A stretch of DNA of 64,000 bases from Gemmatimonadota bacterium (GTDB taxonomy: Bacteria > Gemmatimonadota > Gemmatimonadetes > Gemmatimonadales > Gemmatimonadaceae), in NCBI GenBank assembly GCA_037975505.1, contig JBANGJ010000033.1, forward strand, positions 1,033 to 65,032, written 5' to 3'. Both the position numbers and the translations under genes were made by a program. Below are positions 45,503 through 57,818 of the stretch, piece after piece. Position 1 is the first letter of the stretch. Each line of letters opens with the position of its first letter. The notes under the pieces are model-generated. The model did no database searches. It worked only from the letters and a program-made list of their open reading frames with translations, and was not told the origin of the DNA.

Positions 45503-46818
45503 GCGGGGGTCTCGGACCGGTCGTCGACGAAGAGGGTGAGTGCCGCAGCGATGGCCAGGGCGACGCCCCCCGCGACGACGGCCGCCATGCGGTTGTTGTC
45601 GAGGAGGTGCAGCATCACCCAGCCGAAGCCGAGCGAGGCCACGATCTCCGGGATGACGATGAAGAAGTTGAAGATGCCCATGTAGATGCCGGTCTTCCCC
45701 TCGGGGATGGAGCCGGCGAGGATGGCGTACGGCATCGAGAGGATGCTCGCCCACGCGATGCCGACGCCCACCATCGAGGCCAGCAGCAGCGTGGGCTGCG
45801 TGATGACGGCGACGGAGGCGAGGCCGGCTGCGCCCGCGAGGAGGCAGAGGGCGTGCGTCCACGTGCGGCCGAAGCGGCTGGCGAGGCGCGGGAGGAAGAA
45901 CGCAAACAGGAAGCAGACGAGCGAGTAGGCGCTGAAGCAGACGCCGGCCCACTCGATGCCCTCCTGATAGCGGGGGGACGTGGCGTCCGCGGCCCCGAAC
46001 ACGTCCGTCGCGACCGCAGTCGAGAAGTAGAGCCACATGCAGAAGAGGCCGAGCCAGGTGAAGAGCTGGACGGCCGCGAGCTGGCGCATGGCGCGGGGCA
46101 TCGCCCGCACCGCGGCGATGATCTCGCCCGCCGCCGCCCCGAGCCCACCCGTCCGGGCCTGGCGCGCGCTGAATGCCGCGAGGTCCGCCGGCGGGCGCTC
46201 CGGCGTGGTCAGCACCGTGTAGAGCACCGCTCCAAGGAACGCCGCGGCGCCCACGTAGAACGACAGCTGCACCGTCACCGGGATCGCCCCCGCGCCCGCG
46301 CCCCCCGTGACGCCGAACCAGTGCGTCATCATCCAGGGCAGGGAGGAGGCGATCACCGCGCCGAGCCCGATGAAGAAGCTCTGCATCGCATAGCCCCGCG
46401 TCCGCTCATCCGCGGGGAGGAGATCGGAGACGAAGGCCCGGAACGGCTCCATCGAGACGTTGATGGACGCGTCGAGGATCCAGAGGAGGCCGGCCGCCAT
46501 CCAGAGTGCCGAGGCGTTCGGCATCGCGATGAGCGCGAGGGAGCTCAGCACCGCGCCGATGAGGAAGTAGGGCCGGCGGCGTCCCCAGCGCGGCGACCAG
46601 GTGTGGTCGCTGAGGTGCCCGATGATCGGCTGCACGATGAGCCCGGTGAGGGGCGCCGCGAGCCAGAGCATCGGGATCTGCTCCGGTTTGGCCCCGAGGT
46701 ACTCGTAGATGGCGCTCATGTTCGCCATCTGGAGCCCCCAGCCGAACTGGATGCCCAGGAACCCGAAACTCATGTTCCAGATGGTGGAGAAGCGGGTCGC
46801 GGTCGGGGTCGTCGCCAT
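45499..46818 (-). CDS. MFS maltose/sucrose-type transporter (SLC45/MalY-like)
   Basis: [71 protein letters not shown]. Confidence 0.93.
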   Translation of the reverse strand: MATTPTATRFSTIWNMSFGFLGIQFGWGLQMANMSAIYEYLGAKPEQIPMLWLAAPLTGLIVQPIIGHLSDHTWSPRWGRRRPYFLIGAVLSSLALIAMPNASALWMAAGLLWILDASINVSMEPFRAFVSDLLPADERTRGYAMQSFFIGLGAVIASSLPWMMTHWFGVTGGAGAGAIPVTVQLSFYVGAAAFLGAVLYTVLTTPERPPADLAAFSARQARTGGLGAAAGEIIAAVRAMPRAMRQLAAVQLFTWLGLFCMWLYFSTAVATDVFGAADATSPRYQEGIEWAGVCFSAYSLVCFLFAFFLPRLASRFGRTWTHALCLLAGAAGLASVAVITQPTLLLASMVGVGIAWASILSMPYAILAGSIPEGKTGIYMGIFNFFIVIPEIVASLGFGWVMLHLLDNNRMAAVVAGGVALAIAAALTLFVDDRSETPA

Positions 46819-46831
46819 CGGGGGGGATCCT

Positions 46832-48298
46832 CTAGCGCTGATACAGGTGGACGAGCTCGCGCAGGCGCCCGGCGATCTCCGGGGTCACCTGGTCCCAACG
46901 GAAGCGGAAGGTCCAGTTGCCGCCGAGGCGGCCGGGAAGGTTCATGCGGGCCTCGGAACCGAGCCCCAGCACGTCCTGCATGGGCAGCAGGGCGGTGTCC
47001 GCCACGGAGGCGAGTACCTCGCGGATGAAGCGCCAATGTACCTCGCGCCCGTCCCAGCCGAGATAGCGCATCGCGAAGGCCTTCTCACGCTGCACGTCCT
47101 CCGCGCTGCGGGTCGAATCCCCGCCTCCGGTGGACGCCCACCATCCCACCATCGTGTCGTTGTCGTGCGTGCCAGTGTACACCACCCGCTCGCGCGGATA
47201 GGTGTGCGGCTGGAAGTCGTTCGCGGAGCCGTCGCTGCCAAACGCGAACTGGAGGATGGCCATCCCGGGGTAGCCGAACCGCGTGCGGAGAGCCTCCACC
47301 TCGGGCGTGATCAGGCCGAGGTTCTCGGCGATGATGGGCACCGGGCCCAGCGCCGCGGTGATCGCGGTGAAGAGTGCCTCGCCCGGCGCCTTGACCCAGC
47401 GGCCGTGCACGGCGGTCGTGTCGTCGCCGGGCACCTCCCAGTACGCCTCGAAGCCCCGGAAGTGGTCGATGCGCACCACGTCGAAGTTCGCGAACATCGC
47501 GCGCATCCGGCGGATCCACCACTGGAAGCCGTCGGCGGCCATCCGGTCCCACGCGTAGATCGGGTTGCCCCAGAGCTGGCCGGTGGCGCTGAAGTAGTCG
47601 GGGGGGACGCCGGCCTGCACCGCCGGGCGCCCGTCGGCCCGGAGCTGGAACTGGTCGGGGTTCGCCCAGACGTCCGCGGAGTCGTGGGCCACGTAGATCG
47701 GCAGGTCCCCGATGAGCCGGATGCCACGACGGTTCGCCTCAGCTTTCAGCGCCCGGAACTGCAGGAAGAAGAGGTGTTGGACGAGACGGTGATGCTCGAT
47801 CGCGTCCGCGTGCTGCGCGCGCGCCGCCGCGAGGGCGGCGGGCTCACGCGCGGCCAACGCGGGCGTCCAGTCGGTCCAGGCCACGCCCCCGTGCGCCTCC
47901 TTGAGGGCCATGAAGAGCGCGTAGTCGTCGAGCCACCACGCCTCGGCGGCGCAGAAGGCCTCATAGCCCGCGTCCCGGGGCGTCCGGCGCGTGGCCTCGC
48001 GCAGCGCCGCCTGCTTGCGAGGGATCACCGCGCCGAAGTCGACGTGATCCGCCGGGAAGTCCCCCGCGCAGCCGTCCACGTGCACCAGCAACGGGTTCCC
48101 TGCGAACGCGCTGAAGCACTGGTACGGGGAATCCCCGTAGCCCGTCGGGCCGATCGGCAGCACCTGCCAGTAGCGCATCCCCGTGCCGGAGAGGAAATCC
48201 AGGAAGCGGTAGGCGTCCTCCCCGAAGTCCCCGATGCCACAGGGCCCGGGAAGGGAGGTCGGGTGCAGGAGGATGCCTGCGGCGCGCGGGAAGCTCAT
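46832..48298 (-). CDS. malQ: 4-alpha-glucanotransferase (GH77)
   Basis: GILLHPTSLP, WQVLPIGP, DSPY, GDLPIYV, GVPPDYFS.TGQLWGNP, RIDHFRG, AENLG, YTGTHDN. Confidence 0.97.
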   Translation of the reverse strand: MSFPRAAGILLHPTSLPGPCGIGDFGEDAYRFLDFLSGTGMRYWQVLPIGPTGYGDSPYQCFSAFAGNPLLVHVDGCAGDFPADHVDFGAVIPRKQAALREATRRTPRDAGYEAFCAAEAWWLDDYALFMALKEAHGGVAWTDWTPALAAREPAALAAARAQHADAIEHHRLVQHLFFLQFRALKAEANRRGIRLIGDLPIYVAHDSADVWANPDQFQLRADGRPAVQAGVPPDYFSATGQLWGNPIYAWDRMAADGFQWWIRRMRAMFANFDVVRIDHFRGFEAYWEVPGDDTTAVHGRWVKAPGEALFTAITAALGPVPIIAENLGLITPEVEALRTRFGYPGMAILQFAFGSDGSANDFQPHTYPRERVVYTGTHDNDTMVGWWASTGGGDSTRSAEDVQREKAFAMRYLGWDGREVHWRFIREVLASVADTALLPMQDVLGLGSEARMNLPGRLGGNWTFRFRWDQVTPEIAGRLRELVHLYQR

Positions 48299-50406
48299 AG
48301 CTGAGGCGAATGGTGGGGCGATTCCTCGCCCTGCGCCACTCCCGGCACAGGATGCTCGGCGAAGAGCACTACCGTCCGGGGGGACAGCGGTTGGACCAGG
48401 TCTGCGATGGGGGCCGGGTGCACCGGGTCGGCGAGGCCGGCGGCGCTGTCGATGACCCGGTGCCAGCCGCAGCCGGGCCGCGGCTCCGGGAGCAGGACCT
48501 CTCCCGCATGGAGAGCGCCATGCAAGGCGAGGAACACCCGGTCCGCGCCCGTCTCGTCGTCTGCCGTGAGGACGAGGCAGAGGGTGCGCACCAGGCCGTC
48601 ATTCCAGTCGCGCTCGTGCATTGGGCCCCCGTCGGGCCGGCGCCATTCCACGTCGTTCAAACCGGCGCGAACCGCCTCGCGCGTGAGCCAGCGGTCGGCG
48701 TGCAGCGCCTGATGGATGCATCGGGTGGCGAGCAGCCCTCGCGTGAACGCGATGAGCGCCCGGTCGGCGGAGTTCCAGTCCACCCAGGTGGTCGCGTTGT
48801 CCTGCGCATAGGCGTTGTTGTTCCCTCGCTGCGTCCGACCGAGCTCGTCCCCCATCCCCAGCATCGGGGTGCCGCGGGAACAGCAGAGGGTGGCGAGCAG
48901 GGCGCGCACGTCGCGCGCGCGCGCGGCCAGGATCTCCGGGTCGTCGGTGGGCCCCTCCACCCCGTGATTCCACGACAGGTTGTGGTCCGCGCCGTCTCGG
49001 TTCCCCTCGCCGTTGGCCTGATTGTGCTTGTGCACGTAGGCCACGAGATCCGCCAGCGGGAAGCCGTCGTGTGCGGCAACGAAGTTCACGGCGTCCGTTG
49101 GGCGGCGGTGCCGCCCACGGAACACGTCGGGGGAGCCCGCGATCCGCGTCGCCAGGTCACCGAGCCCCTCGCCGGCCCCCCGCCAGAAGCGGCGGACCGT
49201 GTCCCGGTACCGGTCGTTCCACTCCCCCCAGCCCGGCGCAAAGGCGCCGAGGCGATGCCCGCCGGGGCCCACGTCCCACGGCTCCGCCACGTGGCGGAGC
49301 TCGCGGAGCAGGGGGTCTTGAGCAATCGCGGCCAGCAGCGGAGCATCGGGCTGGAAGCCGTGCGCGCTGCGGCCCAGCGTCGTCGCGAGATCGTATCGGA
49401 AGCCGTCGACCCCGGCCTCGACGGCCCAGTGCCGCAGCGCGTCGAGCGCGAGGCGCATCACCGCCGGCCGGTCGAGGGCGAGGGTGTTCCCACACCCGGT
49501 GTCGTTGACATAGCGGTGCCGATGCCCAGGGACGAGGCGGTAGTACCCGGCATTGTCGAGGCCGCGGAGCGAGAGCGTCGGCCCATGGGCGTCCCCCTCG
49601 CCGCTGTGGTTGAAGACGACGTCGAGCAGCACCTCGAGCCCCGCAGCGTGGAGTGCGTCCACCATCGCGCGGACCTCGGCCATCCCCCCGGGCGCGAGCC
49701 GCGGGTCGGGGGCCATCCAGCCAATGGTGGAGTAGCCCCAGTAGTTGGTCAGCCCCAGGCGTGCGAGGTGCGGCTCGTCCACCGCCGCCGCGAGCGGCAT
49801 CAGCTCGACCGTCGTCACGCCCAGCTCGACGAGATGGCGGAGGGCGGCGGGGTGGGCGAGCCCGGCACAGGTGCCACGGAGCTCGGCCGGTACGTCCGGG
49901 TGCGCCTGGGTGAACCCCTTCACGTGCAACTCGTACATGACCACGTGCTCGTTGGGGAGGCGTCGGGCGCGTCGCGCCGCGATGGCCGCCCCGAGGTCCG
50001 ACGTGACCGGGGCCGGCACCACGGCCTTCGGCACGTCGGGGCCGCTGTCCCGGTCGTCGCGCGTGCCGTCCGGGTGCTCGCCGAGCATCGAGGGCCGCAG
50101 GGCGAAGGGACGGTCGAGCTGCACGGCGTAGGGATCCACGAGCAGCTTGGCCGGATTGAACCGGTGGCCTTCGTGCGGGGCCCAGGGGCCGTGAGCGCGC
50201 AGGCCGTAGCGTGCGCCGGAGTGGATGCCCGGGATCACGCCGTGGAACAGGTCGCCGGTGCGATGCGGCAACGGGATGCGGGCGGTCTCGTGTCGGCTGT
50301 CGGCGTCGTACAGGCAGACGTCCACACCGGTCGCGTGCGGGGCGTGCACGGCGAACTCCACGCCGTGCGCCCGGACCGTCGCGCCGAGGGGGAGGGTCGC
50401 GCTCAC
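48295..50406 (-). CDS. glgX: Glycogen debranching enzyme
   Basis: [61 protein letters not shown]; GTGA overlap. Confidence 0.95.
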   Translation of the reverse strand: MSATLPLGATVRAHGVEFAVHAPHATGVDVCLYDADSRHETARIPLPHRTGDLFHGVIPGIHSGARYGLRAHGPWAPHEGHRFNPAKLLVDPYAVQLDRPFALRPSMLGEHPDGTRDDRDSGPDVPKAVVPAPVTSDLGAAIAARRARRLPNEHVVMYELHVKGFTQAHPDVPAELRGTCAGLAHPAALRHLVELGVTTVELMPLAAAVDEPHLARLGLTNYWGYSTIGWMAPDPRLAPGGMAEVRAMVDALHAAGLEVLLDVVFNHSGEGDAHGPTLSLRGLDNAGYYRLVPGHRHRYVNDTGCGNTLALDRPAVMRLALDALRHWAVEAGVDGFRYDLATTLGRSAHGFQPDAPLLAAIAQDPLLRELRHVAEPWDVGPGGHRLGAFAPGWGEWNDRYRDTVRRFWRGAGEGLGDLATRIAGSPDVFRGRHRRPTDAVNFVAAHDGFPLADLVAYVHKHNQANGEGNRDGADHNLSWNHGVEGPTDDPEILAARARDVRALLATLCCSRGTPMLGMGDELGRTQRGNNNAYAQDNATTWVDWNSADRALIAFTRGLLATRCIHQALHADRWLTREAVRAGLNDVEWRRPDGGPMHERDWNDGLVRTLCLVLTADDETGADRVFLALHGALHAGEVLLPEPRPGCGWHRVIDSAAGLADPVHPAPIADLVQPLSPRTVVLFAEHPVPGVAQGEESPHHSPQL

Positions 50407-51866
50407 CGTCGGCGGGCGTGCGCCGCGCGCAGGGCGCGATACAGCGCCGCGTAGTGGGTGGCCGGGGTGCGCCACCCCACCTCGGTCGCCATCCCACGGC
50501 GTTGCATCCCCTGCCAGGTGCGCGCATCGCGGCGGAGGCGGATCGTGCGCTCGATGGCGAGGGCGAGGTCGTCGACGGAGTCGGGGGTGAACACCACCCC
50601 CGTGCCGGCCCCGCTTGCGAGGGCCATCGGGTTGGCATCGACCACCGTGTCCGCGAGCCCCCCCACGCGGGCCACGACCGGGATGGCGCCGTATCGCAAC
50701 GCGCAGAGCTGCGTGAGTCCACAGGGCTCGAAGCGCGAGGGGACGAGGAGCGCATCGATGCCCGCGTGGAGCTGGTGCGCGAGCGCCTCGTCGTATCCGA
50801 GGTGCACGGCTACGCGGCCGGGGTGAGCGGCGGCGGCACGCAGCAGCGCATCCTGCAGGTCCGCGTCCCCCGAGCCGACCACCACGAGTTGCGCCCCGGC
50901 CCGGTCGAGGCTGGGGAGGGCGCCGAGGAGGAGGTCGACGCCCTTCTGCCACGTGAGGCGGCTCACCATGCCGAAGAGCGGCGCCTCCGGCGACAGCGCG
51001 AGCCCGAGGCGTCCCTGGAGTGCCGCCTTGTTCTGCGCGCGCGCGCGCAGGTACTTCGAGTCGTACGGCATCGCCACGTGCGGATCGGTGCGGGGATCCC
51101 AGACGTCGGTGTCGATCCCATTGAGGATGCCCGAGAGCACGGCGGCCCGTTCGCGGAGCAGGCCGTCGAGCCCCATGCCATGGGCGGCGGTACGGATCTC
51201 CGCCGCGTACGTGGGCGAAACCGTCGTGAGCCGATCCGCGAGGGCGAGCCCCGCCTTCAGGAAGCCCACATCCCCGTAGTACTCCACGCCGTGCAGCGAG
51301 AACGCCTCGGCGGGGAGCCCGAGCTCGGGGAACCGCTCCCCGGGGAACTGGCCCTGGTACGCCAGGTTGTGCACGGTCAGCACCGACGGCGGTGCGGAGC
51401 CGGCGCCGTAGCGGAGGTACGCCGGGGTGAGCCCCGCCTGCCAGTCGTGAGCGTGCACGAGGTCTGGCGTCCAGTCGGGGACGAGGCCGCACGCGACCGC
51501 GGCCGCGGCGCGGGACAGCGCCGCGAAGCGCTCGAAGTTGTCCGGCCAGTCACGCCCGTCCGGGCCGGCGTACGGATTGCCGGGTCGGTCGTAGAGATGT
51601 GGGGCGTCGAGGACGAGCACGTCGAGCCCCGTCGCGCGCCCGGCGATCACCTGCGCGTCCCCGCCGAAGAGCGCGGGCAGCGTCGCGACGCGACGCCCGT
51701 CGGCCAGGGCCTCGCGCACCGCCGGGTACCCCGGGAGCATCGTCCGCACGGCGACATCGTGCGGCGCGAGTGCGGCAGGCAGGGCGCCGACGACGTCGGC
51801 CAACCCGCCGGTCTTCACGAGCGGGAACGCCTCCGCGGCGACGGAGAGGACGCGGCACGCACTCAC
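50403..51866 (-). CDS. glgA: Glycogen synthase
   Basis: [50 protein letters not shown]; GTGA overlap. Confidence 0.97.
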   Translation of the reverse strand: MSACRVLSVAAEAFPLVKTGGLADVVGALPAALAPHDVAVRTMLPGYPAVREALADGRRVATLPALFGGDAQVIAGRATGLDVLVLDAPHLYDRPGNPYAGPDGRDWPDNFERFAALSRAAAAVACGLVPDWTPDLVHAHDWQAGLTPAYLRYGAGSAPPSVLTVHNLAYQGQFPGERFPELGLPAEAFSLHGVEYYGDVGFLKAGLALADRLTTVSPTYAAEIRTAAHGMGLDGLLRERAAVLSGILNGIDTDVWDPRTDPHVAMPYDSKYLRARAQNKAALQGRLGLALSPEAPLFGMVSRLTWQKGVDLLLGALPSLDRAGAQLVVVGSGDADLQDALLRAAAAHPGRVAVHLGYDEALAHQLHAGIDALLVPSRFEPCGLTQLCALRYGAIPVVARVGGLADTVVDANPMALASGAGTGVVFTPDSVDDLALAIERTIRLRRDARTWQGMQRRGMATEVGWRTPATHYAALYRALRAAHARRR

Positions 51867-53125
51867 GTCGCGAGCCGGTCGATCATCGGCTGGGTGATGA
51901 GGCAGATGCCGTTCGGCGTCCGCCGGAAGCGCGCCGCGTCGGCCTCCGGATCCTCTCCGACGATGAGACCCGGTGGGATCCGGACGCCCTTGTCCACCAC
52001 CACGCGCTCCAGCCGCGCCCCGCGACCGACCTCCACGTACGGGAGCACCACGGCCTCCGAGACGCGGCTGTAGGAGCGCACCTGCACGCCGGTGAAGAGC
52101 AGGGAGCGGCGCACCTCGGCCCCGGAGACGATGCACCCGCCGGAGACGAGCGACGAGACCGCGCTCCCCCGGCGCCCGTCGAGGTCGTGCACGAACTTCG
52201 CGGGCGGGACGATCTCCGCGTGCGTCCAGATGGGCCAGTCGTGGTCGAAGAGGTCGAGGTGCGGTACCACATCAGTGAGGCCGACGTTCGCCTCCCAGTA
52301 CGCGTCCACCGTCCCCACGTCTCGCCAGTACGCCTGCGTCTCCTCGGCGGACCGCACGCACGACTCGGTGAAGCGGTGCGCCACGGCGCGGCCATGCGTC
52401 ACGAGGTACGGGATGATGTCCTTACCGAAGTCACGCGACGAGTGCGGATCCGCCGCATCACGCCGGAGCTGCTCGTGGAGGAAGTCGCGTCGGAACACGT
52501 AGATACCCATCGACGCCAGCGCATACCCGGGCCGGCCGGGCATCTCCGGCGGATGCGCCGGCTTCTCGACGAAGTCCACGATGCGGTCGCGGTCGTCCAC
52601 CGCCATCACGCCGAGCCCCGTCGCCTCGTGCACCGGGACCTCGACACAGGCGATCGTGACGTCGGCATCGGAGTTCACGTGCTGCACGAGCATCCGCTCG
52701 TAGTCCATCTTGTACACGTGGTCGCCGGCGAGGATGAGGAGATACTCCGGGCCGTAGCCGTCGATGATGTCGATGTTCTGATAGACCGCATCCGCGGTGC
52801 CGGCGTACCACTGGTCCTCGCTCACGCGCTGGCTCGCCGGGAGGATGTCGAAGCTCTCGTTGCGCTCCGTGCGGAGGAAGTTCCAGCCCCGCTGCAGGTG
52901 GCGGATGAGGCTGTGCGCCTTGTACTGGGTCGCCACTGCGAGGCGGCGGATGCCCGAGTTGAGGGCGTTCGAGAGCGTGAAGTCCACGATGCGCGACTTG
53001 CCGCCGAAGTACACTGCCGGCTTGGCGCGGCGGTCGGTGAGTTCCATCAGGCGCGAGCCGCGCCCCCCGGCCAGGACATAGGCCATCGTGGCGCGGGCGA
53101 TCGGGGTCGAGTAGGTGGTGCGCAT
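51863..53125 (-). CDS. glgC: Glucose-1-phosphate adenylyltransferase
   Basis: [61 protein letters not shown]. Confidence 0.98.
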   Translation of the reverse strand: MRTTYSTPIARATMAYVLAGGRGSRLMELTDRRAKPAVYFGGKSRIVDFTLSNALNSGIRRLAVATQYKAHSLIRHLQRGWNFLRTERNESFDILPASQRVSEDQWYAGTADAVYQNIDIIDGYGPEYLLILAGDHVYKMDYERMLVQHVNSDADVTIACVEVPVHEATGLGVMAVDDRDRIVDFVEKPAHPPEMPGRPGYALASMGIYVFRRDFLHEQLRRDAADPHSSRDFGKDIIPYLVTHGRAVAHRFTESCVRSAEETQAYWRDVGTVDAYWEANVGLTDVVPHLDLFDHDWPIWTHAEIVPPAKFVHDLDGRRGSAVSSLVSGGCIVSGAEVRRSLLFTGVQVRSYSRVSEAVVLPYVEVGRGARLERVVVDKGVRIPPGLIVGEDPEADAARFRRTPNGICLITQPMIDRLAT

Positions 53126-53155
53126 CAGCGGACCTCGTGGGAGGAGACGGAGCGG

Positions 53156-55381
53156 TCAGCGGTCATCGGGCACGAGCCAGAGCGAGGCGAGTGGCGGGAG
53201 CGTGATCAGGGCGGAGGCGGGGCAGCCATGGGCCGGGCCACCATCGGCCAGTACCCCACCGGCGTTCCCCACGTTCGAGCCACCGTACACGGCGGCGTCG
53301 GTGTTGAGCACCTCGCGCCAGCGCCCCGGACGCGGGAGACCGAGCTGATACCCGGGCCGCGGCACCGGCGTGAAGTTGGCGATGACCACCACGGGTCGCG
53401 CGTCGCCCCCCCCGTGGCGCACCCACGCGAAGACCGACGCGTCGGCGTCGTCCACGACGAGCCACTGGAACCCATCGGGCACGCCGTCCAAGGCATGGAG
53501 CGCCGGCTGGGCGCGCAGGAGCGCGTTGCAGTCCCGGACCAAGGTGGTGACGTCGCGGTGGCCCGGCGCCTGTGCGAGGGTCCAGTCGAGGGTGCCGTCG
53601 TGATTCCACTCGCGGGACTGGGCCGACTCGCCGCCCATGAAGAGGAGCTTCTTCCCGGGGTGCCCCCACATGAAGCCGTAGTACGCCCGGAGAGTCGCGA
53701 GTCGTTGCCAGGGGTCGCCGGGCACCTTGTCCATCCAGGCGCCCTTGCCGTGGACGACCTCGTCGTGCGAGAGCGGGAGGATGAACTCCTCGGAGAACGC
53801 GTACACCAGCCCGAACGTCATCCGGTCGTGGTGCCAGCGGCGATGCACCGGGTCCTCGCGCAGGTAGGCGAGCGTGTCGTGCATCCAGCCCATGTTCCAC
53901 TTGAAGCCGAACCCGAGCCCGCCCCCCGACGTCGGCCGGGAGACGCCGGGCCACGCGGTGCTCTCCTCCGCGATCATCAGCACGCCGGGGTGTCGCGCGT
54001 GCACCACCTCGTTGAGGCGGCGCAGGAACGCCACCGCCTCGAGGTTCTCCCGGCCGCCGTGCACGTTGGGCACCCACTCGCCGGGCGCCCGGGAGTAATC
54101 CAGGTAGAGCATCGAGGCCACGGCGTCGACGCGCAGCCCGTCGACGTGGTAGCGCTCGAGCCAGAAGAGCGCGTTCGCCAGCAGCAGGTTCGCCACCTCG
54201 CGGCGGCCGAGGTTGTAGATCGCCGTGTGCCAGTCCGGGTGGAAACCGAGCCGTGGATCCTCGTGCTCATAGAGCGCCGTGCCGTCGAAGCGGGCGAGGC
54301 CGTGGGGATCCGTGGGGAAGTGGGCCGGCACCCAATCGAGGATCACACCGAGCCCCGCCTGATGGCAGCGGTCCACGAAGCGCGCGAAGGCCTCGGGGGC
54401 ACCGAACCGTGCCGTGGGGGCGAAGAGCCCGACGGGCTGGTATCCCCAGGACCCGTCGAACGGATGCTCGCTCACCGGCAGGAGCTCGAGGTGCGTGAAG
54501 CCGAGAGAGGTGGCGTACGGGATGAGCGCGTCTGCGAGCTCGTCGTAGGTGAGCCACCGACCGTCGGGCCCGCGGCGCCAGGAGCCGAGGTGCACCTCGT
54601 AGATGGCCATCGGGGCGCGGTGCGGCGCAGTCTGGGCCCGCCGGGCCATCCACGCCTCGTCCCGCCAGCGGAACCGCGTCGTGTCGCGGACGATGGACGC
54701 CGTGGCCGGGCGGACCTCGGCGCCGAACCCGACGGGATCCGCCTTCGCCGGCAGCAAGGTGCCGTCGGGTCCCAGGAGCTCGTACTTGTAGTGCGCTCCC
54801 TCGCCGACGTCAGGCAGAAAGAGTTCCCAGACGCCGGTGCCGTGCCGGAGGCGCATCGGGTGACGGCGTCCGTCCCAGGCGTTGAAGTCGCCGATGACGG
54901 AGACGCGTCGCGCGTTCGGGGCCCAGACCGCGAAGCGGGTGCCGGGGACGCCCTCGTGCGTGCCGGGGTGCGCGCCGAGACGATCGGACAGCGCCTCGTG
55001 CGTCCCTTCCCCGATGAGCCAATCGTCCATCGGGCCCAGCACTGGGCCGAACGCGTAGGGATCGTGGAGTGTCCACGAGTCGGCACCGTGCGTCGCGCGC
55101 AGGCGGTAGCGGGGACGTCCGCGGATCGGGCCCTCGAAGAGCCCGGCCTCGTGCACGCGGGTCAGCGTGGCGAGCATGCCGCCGCGCGGGCCGACGGCGG
55201 TGAGTGTCTCCGCGCCGGGCACGAAGGCCCGGAGTCGCTGCTGACGGCCGACCCGGTGCACGCCGAGCACGGCGAAGGGATCGCCATGGGTCCCCGAGAC
55301 GATGGCGTGGATCGCCTCGGCGGAGAGGGACGGCGCCGTGGGCGCCGTCCCGGACGCGGCGTCACCGCCGCGGCGCGGCAT
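53156..55381 (-). CDS. glgB: 1,4-alpha-glucan branching enzyme
   Basis: [66 protein letters not shown]. Confidence 0.97.
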   Translation of the reverse strand: MPRRGGDAASGTAPTAPSLSAEAIHAIVSGTHGDPFAVLGVHRVGRQQRLRAFVPGAETLTAVGPRGGMLATLTRVHEAGLFEGPIRGRPRYRLRATHGADSWTLHDPYAFGPVLGPMDDWLIGEGTHEALSDRLGAHPGTHEGVPGTRFAVWAPNARRVSVIGDFNAWDGRRHPMRLRHGTGVWELFLPDVGEGAHYKYELLGPDGTLLPAKADPVGFGAEVRPATASIVRDTTRFRWRDEAWMARRAQTAPHRAPMAIYEVHLGSWRRGPDGRWLTYDELADALIPYATSLGFTHLELLPVSEHPFDGSWGYQPVGLFAPTARFGAPEAFARFVDRCHQAGLGVILDWVPAHFPTDPHGLARFDGTALYEHEDPRLGFHPDWHTAIYNLGRREVANLLLANALFWLERYHVDGLRVDAVASMLYLDYSRAPGEWVPNVHGGRENLEAVAFLRRLNEVVHARHPGVLMIAEESTAWPGVSRPTSGGGLGFGFKWNMGWMHDTLAYLREDPVHRRWHHDRMTFGLVYAFSEEFILPLSHDEVVHGKGAWMDKVPGDPWQRLATLRAYYGFMWGHPGKKLLFMGGESAQSREWNHDGTLDWTLAQAPGHRDVTTLVRDCNALLRAQPALHALDGVPDGFQWLVVDDADASVFAWVRHGGGDARPVVVIANFTPVPRPGYQLGLPRPGRWREVLNTDAAVYGGSNVGNAGGVLADGGPAHGCPASALITLPPLASLWLVPDDR

Positions 55382-57818
55382 CCCAGATCTCGGTGGCGTA
55401 CTCGCGAATCGTCCGGTCCGACGAGAACCATCCCATCCGCGCCGTGTTCAGGACCGCCCGGCGCCACCACGCGTCGGGCGTACGCCAGGTCTGAGCCACC
55501 TCACCCTGCGCGGCGTGATAGGCATCGAAGTCGGCGCAGACCATGAAGAAGTCCCGCGTCCGGAGCTGGTCCACGAGCCCCCGGTAGCGGGCCGGGTCGT
55601 CCGGCGAATAGACGCCGAGCGCGAGGTCGTCGAGCACCTGCCGCAGGGCGGGGGAGGCCGCGATGGCCGCCGAGGCGTCGAGCCCCGCGGCACGCCGCTG
55701 CGTCACCTCGTCCGCCAGCAACCCGAAGAGGAAGAGGTGCTCCGCGCCGACGTGGTCGCGGATCTCGATGTTCGCGCCGTCGAGCGTCCCGATGGTGAGC
55801 GCGCCGTTGAGGGCGAGCTTCATGTTGCCCGTCCCCGAGGCCTCCATTCCGGCCGTCGAGATCTGCTCCGAGACGTCGGCGGCCGGGATGATGGCTTCGG
55901 CGAGGCTCACGTTGTAGTTCGGCAGGAACACGACCTTCAAGCGATCGCCGATCACGGGGTCGTGGTTGACCACGCGCGCGACGTCGTTGGCGAGCTTGAT
56001 GATCAGCTTGGCGGTGTGGTAGCCCGCCGCGGCCTTGCCGGCGAAGAGGCGGACCCGTGGCACCCAGTCGTCGTGCGGCCGGGCGCGCATCGCGTTGTAG
56101 AGTGCGATGGTCTCGAGCAGGTTGAGCAGCTGCCGCTTGTACTCGTGGATGCGCTTGATCTGCACGTCGACGAGCGCGTCCGGGTCGAGGCGCACGCCGA
56201 CCTGCTCCGCGACCAGCTGCGCGAGGGCCGCCTTGTTGGCGCGCCGCACCGCGGCGTAGCGGGCGCGGAACGCTGCGTCGTCCGCGAGGGGCGCCAGGGC
56301 CGCCAGTCCCTCCGCGTCATCGAGCACCGCCGGCCCGATGGCCTCGGTGATCAGCGCGGTGAGGCCGGGGTTCGCCTCGTACAGCCAGCGGCGGAAGGTG
56401 ATGCCGTTCGTCTTGTTGACGATCCGGTCGGGGTAGAGGCCGTGGAAGTCCCGGAAGACCGTCTGCCGCATCAGCTCGGTGTGCAGCGCCGACACGCCGT
56501 TCACGCGGCGCGCGGCGAGGAACGCGAGGTTCCCCATCCGCACCGCCCGCTGGCCGTCCTCCTCGATGAGCGAGACGGACTTGAGCAGGGGCGTCGCCGC
56601 CCCGCGCGCCCGCAGGCCGTCGAGATGCTGCGCGTTGAGGAGGTAGATGATCTGCATGTGGCGCGGCAGGAGCCCCTCGAGCAGCGACACCGACCACTTC
56701 TCCAGCGCCTCGGGAAGGAGCGTGTGGTTCGTGTAGTTGAACACCGCGCGGGTGAGATCCCACGCCTCCGCCCACGGGAGGCCGTGCACGTCCACCAGCA
56801 GCCGCATCAATTCCGGAATCCCGATCACGGGATGCGTGTCGTTCAGCTGGATGGCCACGTGGTCGGGCAGGGTCCGCAGGTCCCCGAACTGCCGGATGTG
56901 CCGGCGGATCAGGTCCTGCAGTGACGCCGAGGCGAAGAAGATCTCCTGACGCAGCCGCAGCTCGTGGCCGGCCGGCGTGTCGTCGGCCGGATACAGCACC
57001 CGCGAGATGGCCTCGAGACGCACCCGGTCGGCGAGCGCCCCGACGTGGTCCCCGCGATTGAAGTCCACGAGCGAGATGGGGTCCATCGCGCGCGCCGACC
57101 AGAGCCGGAGCGTGTTCACGTGCGTCCCGCGCCATCCCGTGATCGGCGTATCGTAGGCCACGGCCTTCACGGATTCCGCCGGATGCCAGACGCTCCGCGT
57201 GGAGCCGTCGGGCTGCGTCATCGTCTCCACCCGCCCGCCGAAGCCGATGGCGTAGGCCACCTCCGGCCGCTCGAACTCCCACGGGAACCCGGTGGACAGC
57301 CACTCCTCCGGGAGTTCCAGCTGCCAGCCGTCACGGAGCACCTGACGGAAGATCCCGTGGTCATAGCGGATGCCGTACCCATATGCCGGGACCTCGAGCG
57401 TCGCCATCGACTCCATGAAGCACGCCGCGAGGCGACCGAGGCCGCCGTTGCCGAGGCCGGGGTCGGGCTCGAGGGTGCGGATCTGGTCGAGGGAAATCCC
57501 CAACCCCTGCAGCGCCTCGCGCGCAGTCTCGGTCAAGCCGAGGTTGCCGAGGGCGTCCATCAACTGCCGCCCGATCAGGAACTCGAGCGAGAAGTAGTAG
57601 ACGCGCTTCGCGCCCTGCCGGTAGGTGCGCCGGGTGGCGTCCATCCAATGCTCCACGACGTGGTCGCGCGTCGCGAGCGCCGTGGCGACGTACCAGTCCC
57701 GCGGGCGTGCGTGCGGCGCATCCTTGCCCACCGCGCACTGGAGCTTCCGCACGATGTTCGCCCGGAACGTCTCCACGGTCGTCGGGGCGGCGGGCACGTC
57801 GGGAATGGCGACGCTCAT
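55362..57818 (-). CDS. glgP: Glycogen/maltodextrin phosphorylase
   Basis: [69 protein letters not shown]. Confidence 0.97.
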   Translation of the reverse strand: MSVAIPDVPAAPTTVETFRANIVRKLQCAVGKDAPHARPRDWYVATALATRDHVVEHWMDATRRTYRQGAKRVYYFSLEFLIGRQLMDALGNLGLTETAREALQGLGISLDQIRTLEPDPGLGNGGLGRLAACFMESMATLEVPAYGYGIRYDHGIFRQVLRDGWQLELPEEWLSTGFPWEFERPEVAYAIGFGGRVETMTQPDGSTRSVWHPAESVKAVAYDTPITGWRGTHVNTLRLWSARAMDPISLVDFNRGDHVGALADRVRLEAISRVLYPADDTPAGHELRLRQEIFFASASLQDLIRRHIRQFGDLRTLPDHVAIQLNDTHPVIGIPELMRLLVDVHGLPWAEAWDLTRAVFNYTNHTLLPEALEKWSVSLLEGLLPRHMQIIYLLNAQHLDGLRARGAATPLLKSVSLIEEDGQRAVRMGNLAFLAARRVNGVSALHTELMRQTVFRDFHGLYPDRIVNKTNGITFRRWLYEANPGLTALITEAIGPAVLDDAEGLAALAPLADDAAFRARYAAVRRANKAALAQLVAEQVGVRLDPDALVDVQIKRIHEYKRQLLNLLETIALYNAMRARPHDDWVPRVRLFAGKAAAGYHTAKLIIKLANDVARVVNHDPVIGDRLKVVFLPNYNVSLAEAIIPAADVSEQISTAGMEASGTGNMKLALNGALTIGTLDGANIEIRDHVGAEHLFLFGLLADEVTQRRAAGLDASAAIAASPALRQVLDDLALGVYSPDDPARYRGLVDQLRTRDFFMVCADFDAYHAAQGEVAQTWRTPDAWWRRAVLNTARMGWFSSDRTIREYATEIWDAAPRR

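Noticed and set aside
51599-55546. 1315-aa plus-strand ORF (likewise 25937-28984 and 59741-62188)
   Set aside because: Antisense to well-supported genes; Arg/Pro/Gly-rich with no recognisable domains.
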